From Takakia lepidozioides (taxonomy: Eukaryota; Plantae; Bryophyta), in NCBI GenBank assembly GCA_030704615.1, contig CM060734.1, positions 19,654,001-19,718,000 of the forward strand: a DNA stretch of 64,000 bases, written 5' to 3'. Position 1 is the first letter of the stretch; each line of letters begins with the position of its first letter. Both the position numbers and the translations under genes were made by a program. The notes beneath the pieces are model-generated. The model had not been told where the DNA came from. It did not search any database and worked only from the letters and a program-made list of their open reading frames with translations. Below are positions 28,351-40,662 of the stretch, one piece after another.

Positions 28351-29206
28351 AGGCTGGCATTTGATTTTACCTACATCAATGCTAAAGGTTATTATGTTGT
28401 TATAACACCCAAATAGTCTTCTTGAGTTGTTGTGTAGAATTCAGTGCTGCAAATCATACTTATCTTGTTTCAAGTTTTCAAGATAATCTTGGGGAAGTTG
28501 CAGATTTGCACTCTACATTTGAGATTTCTCCAGTGATTCCTGGTGTAGATTCAGTTATTAATTTTCTTTTTGTGCTTGTCAATTACATCACCATGTAAAT
28601 GGGTGGGGATTTTCCTAGTGAAGGTTTTGTCCTGCGTTCAATTTGCTGAGCAAGGTTGTCATTCATTATGTTTCTTCATCCCACTCATCTTGATGTGTTG
28701 AATAGACCAAAGAAACATGAAGATTGGGCCCTTGGAAGTCCGCCATCTGGCGGTACTGACAATTCTTCACATATGTGGGGTTTGAGATTCTACCTACCTT
28801 AATATTCCTCATTAATGGACGGGTCAGTAACGGTTGTGATGAAGACAATCTATGGATTGGCTAATTTTTCTTTAAATTAGAATGTCTCCTAGATAACAGT
28901 CATTTCCGGATTAAGAATGAGGCCAGTCTGACAAAGGTGTGAAGGATCTCGTTTCTAATCTGGGGTCCTATGAACTTATCACATATAACTTCTATGTTAG
29001 CATTAGGATTTCCTATGTAAGTTGGGGCTTTGGGGTAAGTTATTTTGAAAATCAAATTGTGTATGGAATTGAGGTGTACTAGTGGATATAAAAGATATAA
29101 AAGAAATTGTGGACGTGTTGTCAAAACAAACGTAAATTATAGTGTCACTCTACTGCTTTGCGGTAGAAGGTTGACACTTTTATGATATCCAACATGTGGT
29201 TTGAAC

Positions 29207-30122
29207 CAGTGTTGGGCGGTTCTTGCATTTGTGAAGAAACCTTCGGTTCCGGTTCCAAAATTATTTCAAGAGACGGTTCCAGATCCGGTTCCGGTTTTTT
29301 TTTATTGAGCCGGTTCCGGTCCGGTTCTGGATCCAACTTTTAAACATGGGGGCGGTTCCGGTTACCGGTTAGTTGCTGATAAAAACCATCGGTTCCGGTT
29401 AGGTTCCGGTTCTATTTTAAAAATATATTTGTTTAATTTAATTATATTTAAAATATTTTATCAGTCCGGTAGATTAAATAGCAGTGTATTCACATATTTG
29501 AACTAAAATCCAACGATTTTGTTAGTTTTCACTAACACAAAAAAACAAACAAAAATACTCTAAATAAACTGGTAGAAGAAAATGGGTAAAATTTTATGGG
29601 TTGAAAGTACTATTCAGCTACCTGGCAAGTATTGGCATCTTCAAACATTTTATTAATGAACTTAGCCAGGATATCATGGAGCTGGAGATTGAACCCAAGA
29701 TCTCATGGCGCTGAAGCATTGAACATAGAATCTCATGGCCTTCAAGCATTGAACCCAGGATCTCAGGAGCTTAAGAGCATTAAATAAGTTTTTCCCTGGG
29801 CCCACCAGCCCCACCAAGGGGTCAAGAACCGGACTTAGAAGCGCTTTGGTAGGTACTAGAGACATTCAGGGCTACAGCCCCATTTAGGGCTACAGCCCAC
29901 GGGTGGACCGGAACCGGAACCGCTTTGGAGCTGGAACCGCCGGTTCCCACACATGTGGTCGTAGCTGGAACCGACGGTTCCGGTTCCCACACAATCCCCA
30001 ATGAGCGGTTCCGGTTCCGGTTCCGGTTCTGCACAGGCGGGTCCGGTTCCGGTCCGGTTCCACATAACCGGAACCGGAACCGGCGGATACCCGGGGCCCA
30101 GGCGGGTAACCGCCCAACACTG
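29207..30122. mobile_element. Non-autonomous hAT element (916 bp)
   Basis: Perfect 15-bp TIR CAGTGTTGGGCGGTT / AACCGCCCAACACTG. Perfect 8-bp TSD GTTTGAAC at 29199-29206 and 30123-30130. Subterminal GGTTCC/GGAACC arrays. Confidence 0.93.
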
Positions 30123-30508
30123 GTTTGAACCCACCACCACTAGTGAAGTGGTTTATGCCCTGATCATTACCACTAGGCTAATTGTTGATTGACAGATGTA
30201 TCGGTGTTTGTATGGATATGTTGGAATCATTGGCCATTCATCTAGTATGAGATTTTGGCCTTTTCGGCGAAGCATGATCTAATCTTGGTGAGGAGTAGAA
30301 TATCCCCAAGGACAAAATTGTATCTTCACATCGTCATGACACAATTTTACTTATATTTAATTTTTTTCATTCCAAGTAAAGTTTTCTACTGGGGAAGGGA
30401 ACCAATGACTTCGAAATTGTTGTGTATAATCTAAACTATAAGAAAGGCCAAGGGGTAGAAAGGGGATAGAAGGAAGATAAGTTTTTGAACTCATGTATAT
30501 GTGGACAG

Positions 30509-30635
30509 GGTAACAAAGGTTAATCGGCGGCTCCATGGGGTGCGGGTTACCACAGAAGATGGAAAGCTGTTTGACACTGATGCAGTAGTAGTTGCAGTGC
30601 CTTTGGGTGTGCTTAAAAGCAACTATGTACGATTC
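30509..30635 (+). pseudogene. Isolated exon fragment of polyamine oxidase (PAO2/3/4-like flavin amine oxidase)
   Basis: After an acceptor-like CAG (30506-30508) the frame reads VTKVNRRLHGVRVTTEDGKLFDTDAVVVAVPLGVLKSNYVRF then stop. This matches the plant PAO2-clade segment RVTKI.RR.NGVKVT.E.G.TF.ADA.VIAVPLGVLK. No other PAO exons seen. Confidence 0.75.
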
Positions 30636-31269
30636 TAAGTAGCATAACTTTTTCAGATTGTAATGGAATTTCAAAAATATTGGGCTGTGGATTTTGTGGC
30701 CGCATGTAGAATGCAGATCCGTTTTGCGATTGCACTAATTCGTCATTAGCAAAAACCTGCATCGTTTTTTTTTTTATCAAGGGGGTCTGTGGCGTGCAAG
30801 AGACACCCCCCTTGCTTTGACCAACTATACACTTGGCCAAATTTCCTGCTTTTTGGTTTGTTGGATGTAGAATGTGGTGGGGATGACCAATGAGATGCAT
30901 CAGCCCAATCCAGTTCCATAGCATCATCCAAACTTTAGGACAACCATTTCCAAATTGTTTTTTTGGGGGGGACCCAAAAAATGGCAACAATGGTGTTTTC
31001 TTGATTTCCATCCTATTGCCCTAGAATTTGGCAGGTCTACGCGGGGGTAGGTAGAAAGATAATACCCAATCAAAATTTTAAAACTCCTTGATTTCTAGAA
31101 ATTACAGCAATTTTCCACCCAAGGGGTACTCATTTTGGGAAAAGTCAAACTTACCCCCTTGGGTGTTTAGGGCTCAACGGAACATGAATGGTCTAGAATC
31201 ATACATGTGGTGGTAACATGAGTTTGCAAATTGTTAGGTAATTGTTGGGTTTCAATGGGGGGGGTGTAT

Positions 31270-32080
31270 AATTTACCCGGATATAACCGCTGGGTATATC
31301 CGAGTAAGGTTACCAATATACATCCAGACCTGTACGTTTTGCTTACCCTTATCCGGACCCTTATCAAGGGTGTATTGTATGTTTCCCCAGTACCGGACCC
31401 GGGTGAAGGGCAAATCACCAGCATTTACCCGACCCTTAAGGCCGGTGATGTTTTTCTTGGCGGGTAATAGAATCCGGGTAATAGGCTTGCTGACCTATGT
31501 TCTCGTGCCTACTCCCCCCTTCATTCCATTGCTTATTAAATTGTATCTCATGGACAGATCACAAATCCCAAAGCATCAAATAGCACTACGGAGGTACTAG
31601 TGCGATTTTCTAAGCTCTTCATTGCCTTGTGCATGTACCTACATTTGTTTTTATATTCTTGGGATTGAAACTTAGTCTTTATTTATTATGCTCAAGTTGT
31701 ATTTTGAAATATCTTTATTTAATTTTAATTTCTTGTGGTTAGAATCTGATTGGTTTGTATTGGTTATGTTGCCAATACATTTGAATTCCCTAGGGAAATT
31801 GTCATTTACCCTACCCTTATCCTACCTAAACTTGTATTATCCTGGCATACCAAATTATCCGGACCCGCTTTAAATAACTTTACCCTCAGGTTATATTTTG
31901 ACAGTACCCGGTTATACCCTGACCCGGCGTGTTCTACAAATGTGCATTGCCCGGAACCGACTCTTACTTTCTATTTGAAAAATAATAATACCCTGAACCG
32001 GCGGATAAATCTTTTCTCAAAATTCATTGGGTTACCCTTACCTTGAGGGTAAATAGAAATTCAATACCCGCTCAACGCTG
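31270..32080. mobile_element. Truncated hAT-like element (right end only)
   Basis: Ends ...ACCCGCTCAACGCTG, resembling the ...ACCGCCCAACACTG TIR of the 29207 element, and has TACCC/GGGTA subterminal repeats. No left TIR or TSD found. Confidence 0.45.
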
Positions 32081-32245
32081 GTTATATATATATATATATA
32101 AAAATACAGTTTACAATGCAGATTCAAAGCATGGCCTGGCCAGATTCAGTTTGTTCACCTTAAGTAGCAAAAGAAAAGAAATATGTATAATGTACAGTAC
32201 TGATTGAGCTGCCAAGTTAGAGAACAACTATCCCTTGTGTCTTAA

Positions 32246-33069
32246 CCCTTAAGTTCCCAAGCGACCTGAATCGGGTCACTTTGAATTTGCAGGGTCGACC
32301 TAATTTTTGCAGATCTAATCTGATGGGGCCCAGTCCTGAACCTTTAATGACAAGGGATTTGTCTCGAGTATGATGCAAAAAACAAAACTAAAAAAAAACA
32401 AAAGCTGCGACTGACAAAAAATATCTTAGATCTTTAATTTACGTTTTGGGGCCTGAAAAGGGCTGTTGACCGCTGACGTGGCAGGTAAACAAGCCCAAAA
32501 CAGATTGCACTCCAAAGGCCATTTTTGGCAGAAAATTAGCAATTTTGGAAAAAGCGCTTCACCTTGTGGTGTGTGAGCATTACATATACACATCCACCAT
32601 TGGCTTTTAAAAATTTTGTAGAAAAAAAAGTACTTCATTTGGAGGCACATTTTCTGCTGTCAATTTTGAGATTTCAACCCCCATGTAATTGCATGAATAG
32701 CAAGCATAGGTGAAAAAATCAGTTGGACCTGCAATTTAGTGGGGTCATAGCCACTCCACTATTGATTTGGAAATGGTGGGTCTTGGGGCAAGCAAAATTG
32801 GAGAAAGCTAGGTTTTGATTTGGTCAAACCAATTTCTTTCTCACTTTTTCTTTGGAACCTGATATTTGAGGTCCGGGCCAACGCTATAATCTCACAATTT
32901 CCACGGTGGACTTGGCTCATATTTTGGTATGTCATGCATAAATGAGCTGGGCCCATTGCTATAAGGCTGGAATCTGTGGATGATTTTTGGTAGGTTTCTA
33001 GGGGCAATTTACTGCAGCTGGGTACCCAAAATTGGTAAAAAGTCAAAAAAGGGCTTGGGAACTTAAGGG
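32246..33069. mobile_element. piggyBac-like non-autonomous element (824 bp)
   Basis: TTAA|CCCTTAAGTTCCCAAGC ... GCTTGGGAACTTAAGGG|TTAA: a perfect 17-bp TIR starting CCC, flanked by TTAA on both sides (32242-32245, 33070-33073). Confidence 0.8.
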
Positions 33070-33249
33070 TTAATCAGGTCTGTAGACATTGTATATATGT
33101 GAAGCAGATGGATACATTGGGACTCGTTTGCATGTACGTAGCATGCCGGAGAGCAGTGTTGATGGACCCACCAGCAGTACTTGATCTTGGACTCGGCATC
33201 ATGTGGACGGATTAAAAGATGCACCAAGCTTCACGGAGCACCTGCATTT

Positions 33250-33900
33250 TGTAGGCAACTGGGCGCAAAGTTGGAAAGAGTTCGTTTGGTGAAGTGTATT
33301 TAGTTATTGGTATTGAAAACCAACCAGGACGTAGCTGTGAAGCTGGAGCTGACGAATGATACAGCGACTTCGAAGTAGTTGCGCTATGAGACATCGCAAT
33401 TGCATTACTTGTTGGGCCCGGGTCTCAAAGATTTGCTTAAATCATGTAACGGCCAAAGGTTATGCTAGCAAGATGATCAGCAGAGTGGCACATGTCCACT
33501 CAAAGGGTCCGCTTCGTAGAGATGTAATTGTAAGGGGCCTTGGGAAGGCAAGCTAAGAGAAGCGTACATGATCGACTTTGGAGGTACCGAGATTGGTACA
33601 GCTCAGTGTTTCAGTAGAAACTAGAAACCCGCGTCTCGGTATCGATCAAAGTCGGAGAGACGATTCAGAGTCAATAGGATACACTCTCTTATATTGCCTT
33701 CTAGAGGCAATCTTCATGACAAACCATATTTGCACGGAACAAAAAGCAAAGCTGAACAAGATTGATGTACAGCAGTTGACCACTACTTCGGAACTCGGAA
33801 AAGTTCAGAACTACTGCCGCCTCCGCTTTGATCAGGATCCAAATTATGAATACTCGTAGAATCTCTTTGGTTGAAAGTTGGATTACTTCTGTGACTGGAA
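33250..33900 (+). pseudogene. Casein kinase I (CK1/CKL) processed pseudogene
   Basis: Fragments GRKVGKSSFGEVYL, MISRVAHVHSKG, YMIDFG, LGIDQSRRDDSESIGYTLLY and YCRLRFDQDPNYEY match CK1 motifs (GRKIGSGSFGEIYL, GIEQSRRDDLESLGYVLMY, YCRSLRFDDKPDY). They sit within about 650 bp with no introns, plus many indels. Confidence 0.85.
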
Positions 33901-34542
33901 ACATCTAGTGAATCACTTAGCCAAGAGGTCCCAAGGAATACAGAATCTGAACAAAGACAGCCATGGAACTCAACATACTTGCATACAGTCGCAAAACACA
34001 AAGATCCAGAACTACACATGATTCAAGCATAATTCATGAGAATACACGTTGTAGTTCAATGATTTTCCCAACAGAGGTTCTCTCCAGTGTCACTGGACTA
34101 GTATCCTATTTGCTTTGCAGGTTTCAGGGTGAAAACGAATCAGTGGAAGAGCTGTAGGTGAGAAAAAGCTAAGATTTTTAGGTTCTCATTTTTTAGTATG
34201 GCCTTTCTTCGGCCGAAAACTGGAAAATATCATTGTGCCCTCCAAAGTTCGTTTCACAAATGAAGTCTTAATACTCAAAGCCAAGTCTGGATGGAGGCTA
34301 CTTGGAAATACAACAGCAGAAGACTGATATCCCTGGAACACAATAAATCATTAGCTGATTCCGATCCGCATCTTACAAACTTCATCATTGTGTAAGCTGG
34401 GGTGACACAGCTCATAATTTTTTCACATACAGACAGACAAGACATACAAACACATGTCATATACATCATCCACTTTGGGCTTCTTTGCTGAAGGTGAATC
34501 CCACCCCATCACTGCTCACTTGAAGAGTCATTGTTGACCACA

Positions 34543-36835
34543 TTAAGCAGACTGATCCCCAGGGATCAGTTTAACAACTGTGACAGGGCAGGGTACATTA
34601 TTCACCACGTAGTTGCTCACACTGCCCAGAAGTGTCCTGCACACAGAAAGTGATGACACATGAGTGACCCTCCTCTACCCAAGAGGCAAGAAAAGCCTTA
34701 TCAAAATTTTGTATGCTCCATCTCTCCCCCAGATGCATGCATATCACTCCCTTGCACTGACATTGGATCTCAGATATTCCTATACAATGAAGTGTTCTGT
34801 CTCTGTTGAACTTAATACCTACATTCACTATTAAATCGAGCTATTACAAAGCCATTGAGGTCAGATTGGTACCCAACTGGGAAGGGTCTCAGACACAAGT
34901 TATTAATCAAATGGCCACAACAATCTACTTCAAAGATGCAAAACGCCAACAAAGCAGGTGTTGGAAAGTTTTGAAGGCAAAGGGAGTAAAAAAGAGCCCT
35001 TCACCTGACTCCACCAAACTCTGGACACTGACCATGGTTTAGGTTGACATTGAACCCTGAAGGTGCATCATTGCACATTCTATACATCTACCTTCACACA
35101 GCAAAAAACTTCCAATGGCGGCTACAGATGAGACAAGTGGCAAGCGATCACTTGCAGCTTATCTCACCAACACAGGAGACTCTCACAGAATCCATTCATT
35201 GTGGCTATGCTTAGGCTACGCACTACTTGACTTTCCACGGAACATATCAAGGGCTACCTACCTCTTGAAAGTTCCCAAACCTCGGCTTCCCATAACAAGG
35301 GCGTCAAGTGGGATCTCGACCACTGCATTGCATATCTTCTCCTTTGCATCTCCCCAATAGATCTTAGCCATCACCGTCAGCTGCACAGCCACAGAAAAAG
35401 TCAGGGAAGAGGTCCAAAATAGTTTGACTAGCTTCGTGCAGCCGAGTCGCACGAGTACAAGAGCAAGACTTCTTACAGAAATCAATCATCTCAGTCGGTT
35501 CATTTGAGTGGTTGGCACATGGAGACTGCTAACTGGTAGGTCTTTAGGATATAGGACACTCTGCTTTAAGATTGAGTCTTGTATGGTCTTTCTTCATTAC
35601 AATGCAACAAAACAGGACGAAAGGAAGACAAACCTGGCAGATCGTAAGAGTCACTTAGGAAAAGACAGGTAGGAAGGAACTTTGTAAAGCACTAGCAAAT
35701 TGCTCGCCTCACATCTGCTTCATCAGCACCCAATAGACATCATCGGCACAGGGTCTCTGTTTGTCCTTGGGAATGCTTTAGGCAAAGATCCAGGGTTGAC
35801 AAAAAACAAAGACGAGCCAATTCACAAACAGACCATATACAACCATAACAAAGCAGCAGGAATAAAAAAGTAGGGGAGGCCAAGAGAGAATGGCATAACA
35901 GCGCTGCACTTGATAAACTACCAAAAGGCATGCCAGAAAGTTCATTTTAAAAATAAACTTGAGAGAGAGATAGGGGTGAGTTCCAAATATGAGCCCTCAG
36001 TGAACAGTTCACTGGTCCCTCTTTCACTCGTTTCCGATGTGCCCAGATCACAAAATGCCCTGAAAACACCATGTGGGTGTCATGTAGTGGCCTGCTTGAC
36101 CTTAAACTTCCTTGTGATACATGGCAAGTGGTAGGATCAGACACAACTATATGTTAGTTGTCAATGTAGAGAGAGAGAGAGAGAGAGAGAGTGAGAGAGA
36201 GAGAGAATGTACTCATAAGATGTTGTTTGCCGTAGCCTTGTGGCCAGTGACCCCGCGCCCAGTTTGAGTGGAACACAAAGGGACAGAACCTACCTTTGTG
36301 AGGGCTGACGACGGTAGTAAGACTTACGTTGGAATAAACAATTGATCTGGGTTTTCCATAAATCCTCTAGAAATCCCTTTACACAGGCGTCAACCTGCTG
36401 TGTGGTTTGCCCAATAACTAGGCCCTAAAAGGGCCTGGGCCTTTGGCTCAGCCTCCAGACTTTCAAAGTTGGTAAACAGAGGTACAGGCACAATTCCCTT
36501 GATAGATTTGAAGGGCGCGTCTCTCTGGTGAGAGAACCCCGGACAATGAATCAGAAAATGAATATTGTCAACGGGCAATTGCACTCTCCCTTTCCTCTCT
36601 GCTTCTGTTTTCTGTTCAAATGTAGGCTTCCCGCCCTGAGTTTAAAATTCAGTCTAGTGCCGAGAGTGGGTAGACCCTTGAGGTCATCCATGATGGCCTC
36701 CCCCATGTCACAGACTGGAAACAAGTTCAGGGAAGTTTTCTGCCTAACTTCATTAGAGACTGTACTCATAAGACGTTTGCCGTAGCCTTGTGGCCATTGA
36801 CCCCGCGCCCAGTTTGAGCGGGAACCTAACTTCAT

Positions 36836-36885
<50 letters not shown>

Positions 36886-38001
36886 ACCTTCTTTGCCTTG
36901 GTAGCTTCCTCCAAAATACTCAAAACTTCCTTGTCATCTGCCAACTGATAACGTTTCATAATGCCGGGCTCCCTTAGACTCTCAAAAGGAACAAGAGCTG
37001 TAAGTTGTAACATGCCAACACAAACTCCCGTGTTAAACTGGCAAGCGGGTGCTTCAATTCTGTGTTAATGGGAATGGCTAGCCCCTTGGATAAGCCAAAG
37101 GGCTCCAGCAACACGGGAGGTTCTGAGAAATTGCTTTCCCCACGGTCGTTGATCTAGGCTTACAATGAGAGGGTATATACCCTCACTGTCTCAAGCAGAT
37201 GTATCTTCCGACATCAAATGGCTAGAGCGGACCCAGCCCAATCGTCTTTCCCTGTCGAGATTTCTGTTTGATCATCCCGACATAACCAAGTACAGAGATT
37301 CGACTCGAGATGAGCTCAGTCCACTGTGCTTGTTATACCTTGTGGCAATGGACTATACACTCGCATGGACTCAAGGAGGCGAAGATAGAGGGCGAGAGAT
37401 ACAGAACGCCCAGACCAACAGTGAAAGACCCACTAAAGAGACAAAGGTCACACAACAATGTCCAGACTACTACATGTAGACAACAATTATGACAGCACAA
37501 GACAATGGGGCTACAAGATGCACGCACCTACTCTCAGACTGGCCAAAATTTTCCAGAAGTGCTGATCGAATGACTATCTTTCCGCAGGGCCCACCCCCGG
37601 AAGGGGCAGTGCACGCAAGAGGGAAGAGCTCTTATTTATGCTAAATTCGGTCGGTATCATCTCTGTCCCTCTCTCGTGCAAGGGTTAAGGTGGAAAGCAG
37701 GTGGAGCACATACTAGCCATCATCTGGCGGAATTCAACATCTAGCTCTTCATACTTTCACACATCGATGCATCATCTCTCTCTCTCCAACAGATGAACCG
37801 AAAGGAGGAAAAGGTGGAGGTCTTACGAGAGCCAGACTGTTCCCAAAGATACGACTGCCCGCCTTCAAGCGAATCCCTGTTCACAATTACCAGTATCAGA
37901 TGGTCGCCATCCCTTAGGATATTATCGACTGCCCACTGAAGCGCATACTTGCTGCTGGCCGAGTAATCCAGCGCCACCCCCAAGTATCTCTCCGCTGCCA
38001 T
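34543..38001 (-). CDS. Universal stress protein A-like (USP domain) protein, 4 exons
   Basis: Exons 37827-38001, 36888-36997, 35262-35380 and 34543-34636 with GT-AG junctions in phase. Protein: MAAERYLGVALDYSASSKYALQWAVDN...KIYWGDAKEKICNAV...[35 protein letters not shown], including the USP G-2x-G-9x-GS ATP-binding motif. Confidence 0.95.
36170..36884. repeat. (GA)n microsatellites flanking a copy of the intronic repeat in USP intron 2
   Basis: (GA)n at about 36170-36205 and 36838-36884. Repeat copy from 36208, plus a short second copy at 36761-36824 bracketed by the direct repeat CCTAACTTCATTAGAGA. Confidence 0.7.
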
Positions 38002-38333
38002 TTTCTCTGCTCCTTCTCTGCTTGTGTTTCTCAACTCAACTCAGGTCTGATTGATCCCCCAATCCCTCACGAAATTCGCAAAGCCCTCCTGAAATCACAG
38101 TCAAATTCTGCCCTAGATCTTCTGAACCTGCACTCAAATCTGACAGCTCGATACAGTCTCAACACCGTGTCTCTCTCACGCTCCAAAGTCTCCACCACGA
38201 TGACTCATGGCCAGCAGACCCCCGGAAACGTCCGCCACCGTTCCCGAGGAACTGGGACCTCAACCCGCGATTCACTCATACGGTCATGCCCCCATAACGT
38301 ATGTCTCTCCGTATGAATCGATCGGAACAGAAG

Positions 38334-38551
38334 ACGTGTCAGAATCTTGGCAACTTGCGGTACGAGGTGCAGAGTTCAAATTCAAAATCAGCTGCAACTG
38401 ACAGCTTTAGTCGTAAGTAATTTAAAACAAATAAAAAAGAAAGCTTCTGATCTCTCGTACCTGGACACTGTGTAAGACGCGGGGAGAGACACGTGGCGCA
38501 GACAGAGTTATGCGCTGTTGCGAGACCTTTCCAGGCTATTTTCCACGTGTC
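38334..38551. promoter_or_regulatory. Cluster of ABRE/G-box motifs upstream of the USP gene
   Basis: ACGTGTC (38334-38340), GACACGTGGC (38488-38497) and CCACGTGTC (38543-38551), 330-550 bp upstream of the ATG. Confidence 0.5.
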
Positions 38552-40419
38552 AATTCTCGATTAACAGGCAAAGAAAATCGGCGACCAAGACGAACCGGCC
38601 TGTAGCCTGCACACGGTATCAACCTAGTATTTTATGCGATTTTCATCCATATTTTCACGTTTTCATCCAAATTGTTCCTACGGGGAAGGTATGAAGGTAG
38701 CTGTATGCAGGTCCGCTGGCTACGGTTAGTAGCAGGCCTGCTGAACCGCAATCAGAATTTGACACGTAAGAATATACATCAAAAGGTGGGTTATAGAAAT
38801 CGAGAGTATCTAGCATGCGCATAGCTGATAAAATACGTACCGTTTGAGAATACGTACACACAGACGTATTCTATATATATTCTCAAAACAGTTGACATTT
38901 GTCTATAGTACATCTGACATGCGTTGGATTGATTTTAAATCTAACGGTAAGACTAGTGACGCGTGGCTAGTTGGAGCTGCGCCCCATACCCAAAGCTACA
39001 CTTGTTGGTTTCTTTACTTGAGACGCGTGGCATTGTATGACTTTTGGTGTGGATCCTCTATTGGATGGAAGGATTATTCATCCTTCTACTCTGTAACGGA
39101 CAACAATTCTTATTTAATTTATTTTAAGAAAGACTGAACTCATACGCAGAATTTAGAACTCTCTAAACTTAGATAACACGTTCAATTAAAATAATGTCTT
39201 TGACGCGTCACCCTAGTTATTTCTTTATGTCTTTGACTATCTTTGGTGACGCGTGCTCATTTCAATAAAAAGAACATGGAAACATGGGGACATGGGAGGG
39301 GAACATGGGATCATGAAAGCTAGATCATCCATTATTCATCCATACCTCGGATTAACGCGGTTTCATCCATTGAAATTGGAATCCCACATAATGTGGTCTC
39401 GTTCGCCTCCCGTGTCCTGCGTTGTCTCGTAGAGATTTGAACGCAGAACGTGGTGAGTTGTAATTTATGCGAGTAAGCCCGCCAACCTTTCTCATACAAA
39501 ATCGGAGCGCAGCCTGTAATGCGCACTCGTCGTTATGTTTGCAGCATAAGAGACGATGCCAGATTTGTCTGAATTCCTTCCACTGCACTGCAGTAGAAAG
39601 CCAAAGTGAAGAGAAGAGAGACAGAGATGATGCGATAGGAAGAGCGCAAGAGAGGATTCGAGAGAGCGAGAGAGTGAAGAGATCATTAGTCGTATAATGT
39701 CCAGAAGATCAAAGATTCGAATAGTTTATGGCTGCGAGGATACGACAGACAAAGAAACGGAAATTGCTACAGTTCTGGTGGGTTGGGTAGTTCTCCATCA
39801 GGATTAGAGAGGGGTGTTTGGGTAGTTCTCGATCGGATCAGAGAGAGGTGCCATAGGTGAATATCAGCGGAAACTTGTAGATGGAAATTCCTGTGCATTG
39901 GCTGGTGCCACATATCTCCCACAAATATATAGTCGGATATGGCGAGAAGAAGGCCTACAGGAGAGGAGGAATGTACCTGGATAGCGATTGCGGGGCGTAT
40001 TGAATGTTTTGTCGCAAAAACACCTCAGATCACTTCGTGATGTTTTTCCTCTAGAAGTATAGTCATCGAATTCATGGCGGGAATAGTCCACTGGATGACC
40101 CTCTTCACTCACCCTTTGCAGCTCGTTCCCTGTTTCTGTTTAATGCAGGCCCGTGCAGGGATACATACACTCAGGTAATACGAAACCCTCGGACTGTAAT
40201 GGTTCTCTTGAAATAACAAATGTGTTACATACATCCTCAAGCAAATTACTGCAGGTCCGATCTGATATCCTGGAAATTATCGAGAACCATATACTCCGTC
40301 TTCTCTCCCGTACAGAGCGCGTACATGACAAAATTGCTATCTAGATCTTAAGGGAATCGAGCAGGTAGCATGATATAGCAGAAATCAGTACGTCCGGACT
40401 GTCAATAGAAGACAAAAAG

Positions 40420-40662
40420 ATGAGTTCAGAATGGTCATGTCCAGTCACCCTTCCACCCAAGAAGGATGGATCCAAGCGTTTTTGTGGTGATTTTAGGTCA
40501 GTGAACCGCTTGACCAGGAGAGACTCTTACCCTATGCCATTAATTCAGGATGTTTTGAACCAGTTGGGGAAAGCCAAGTGGTTTTCTGCACTGGATCTGC
40601 AATCTGGTTTTTGGCAGATCAAAATGGATGACCAAGACATAGGCAAAACAGCGGTGATTACG
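40420..40662 (+). mobile_element. Ty3/gypsy reverse transcriptase N-terminal fragment
   Basis: SEWSCPVTLPPKKDGSKRFCGDFRSVNRLTRRDSYPMPLIQDVLNQLGKAKWFSALDLQSGFWQIKM...KTA; truncated before YxDD. Confidence 0.85.

Noticed and set aside
29230-30100. GGTTCC/GGAACC arrays and the EP/NR/GT-repeat ORFs as CRISPR or coding repeats
   Set aside because: They are subterminal repeats of a TIR/TSD-bounded hAT element with no spacer structure, and the ORFs are artefacts.
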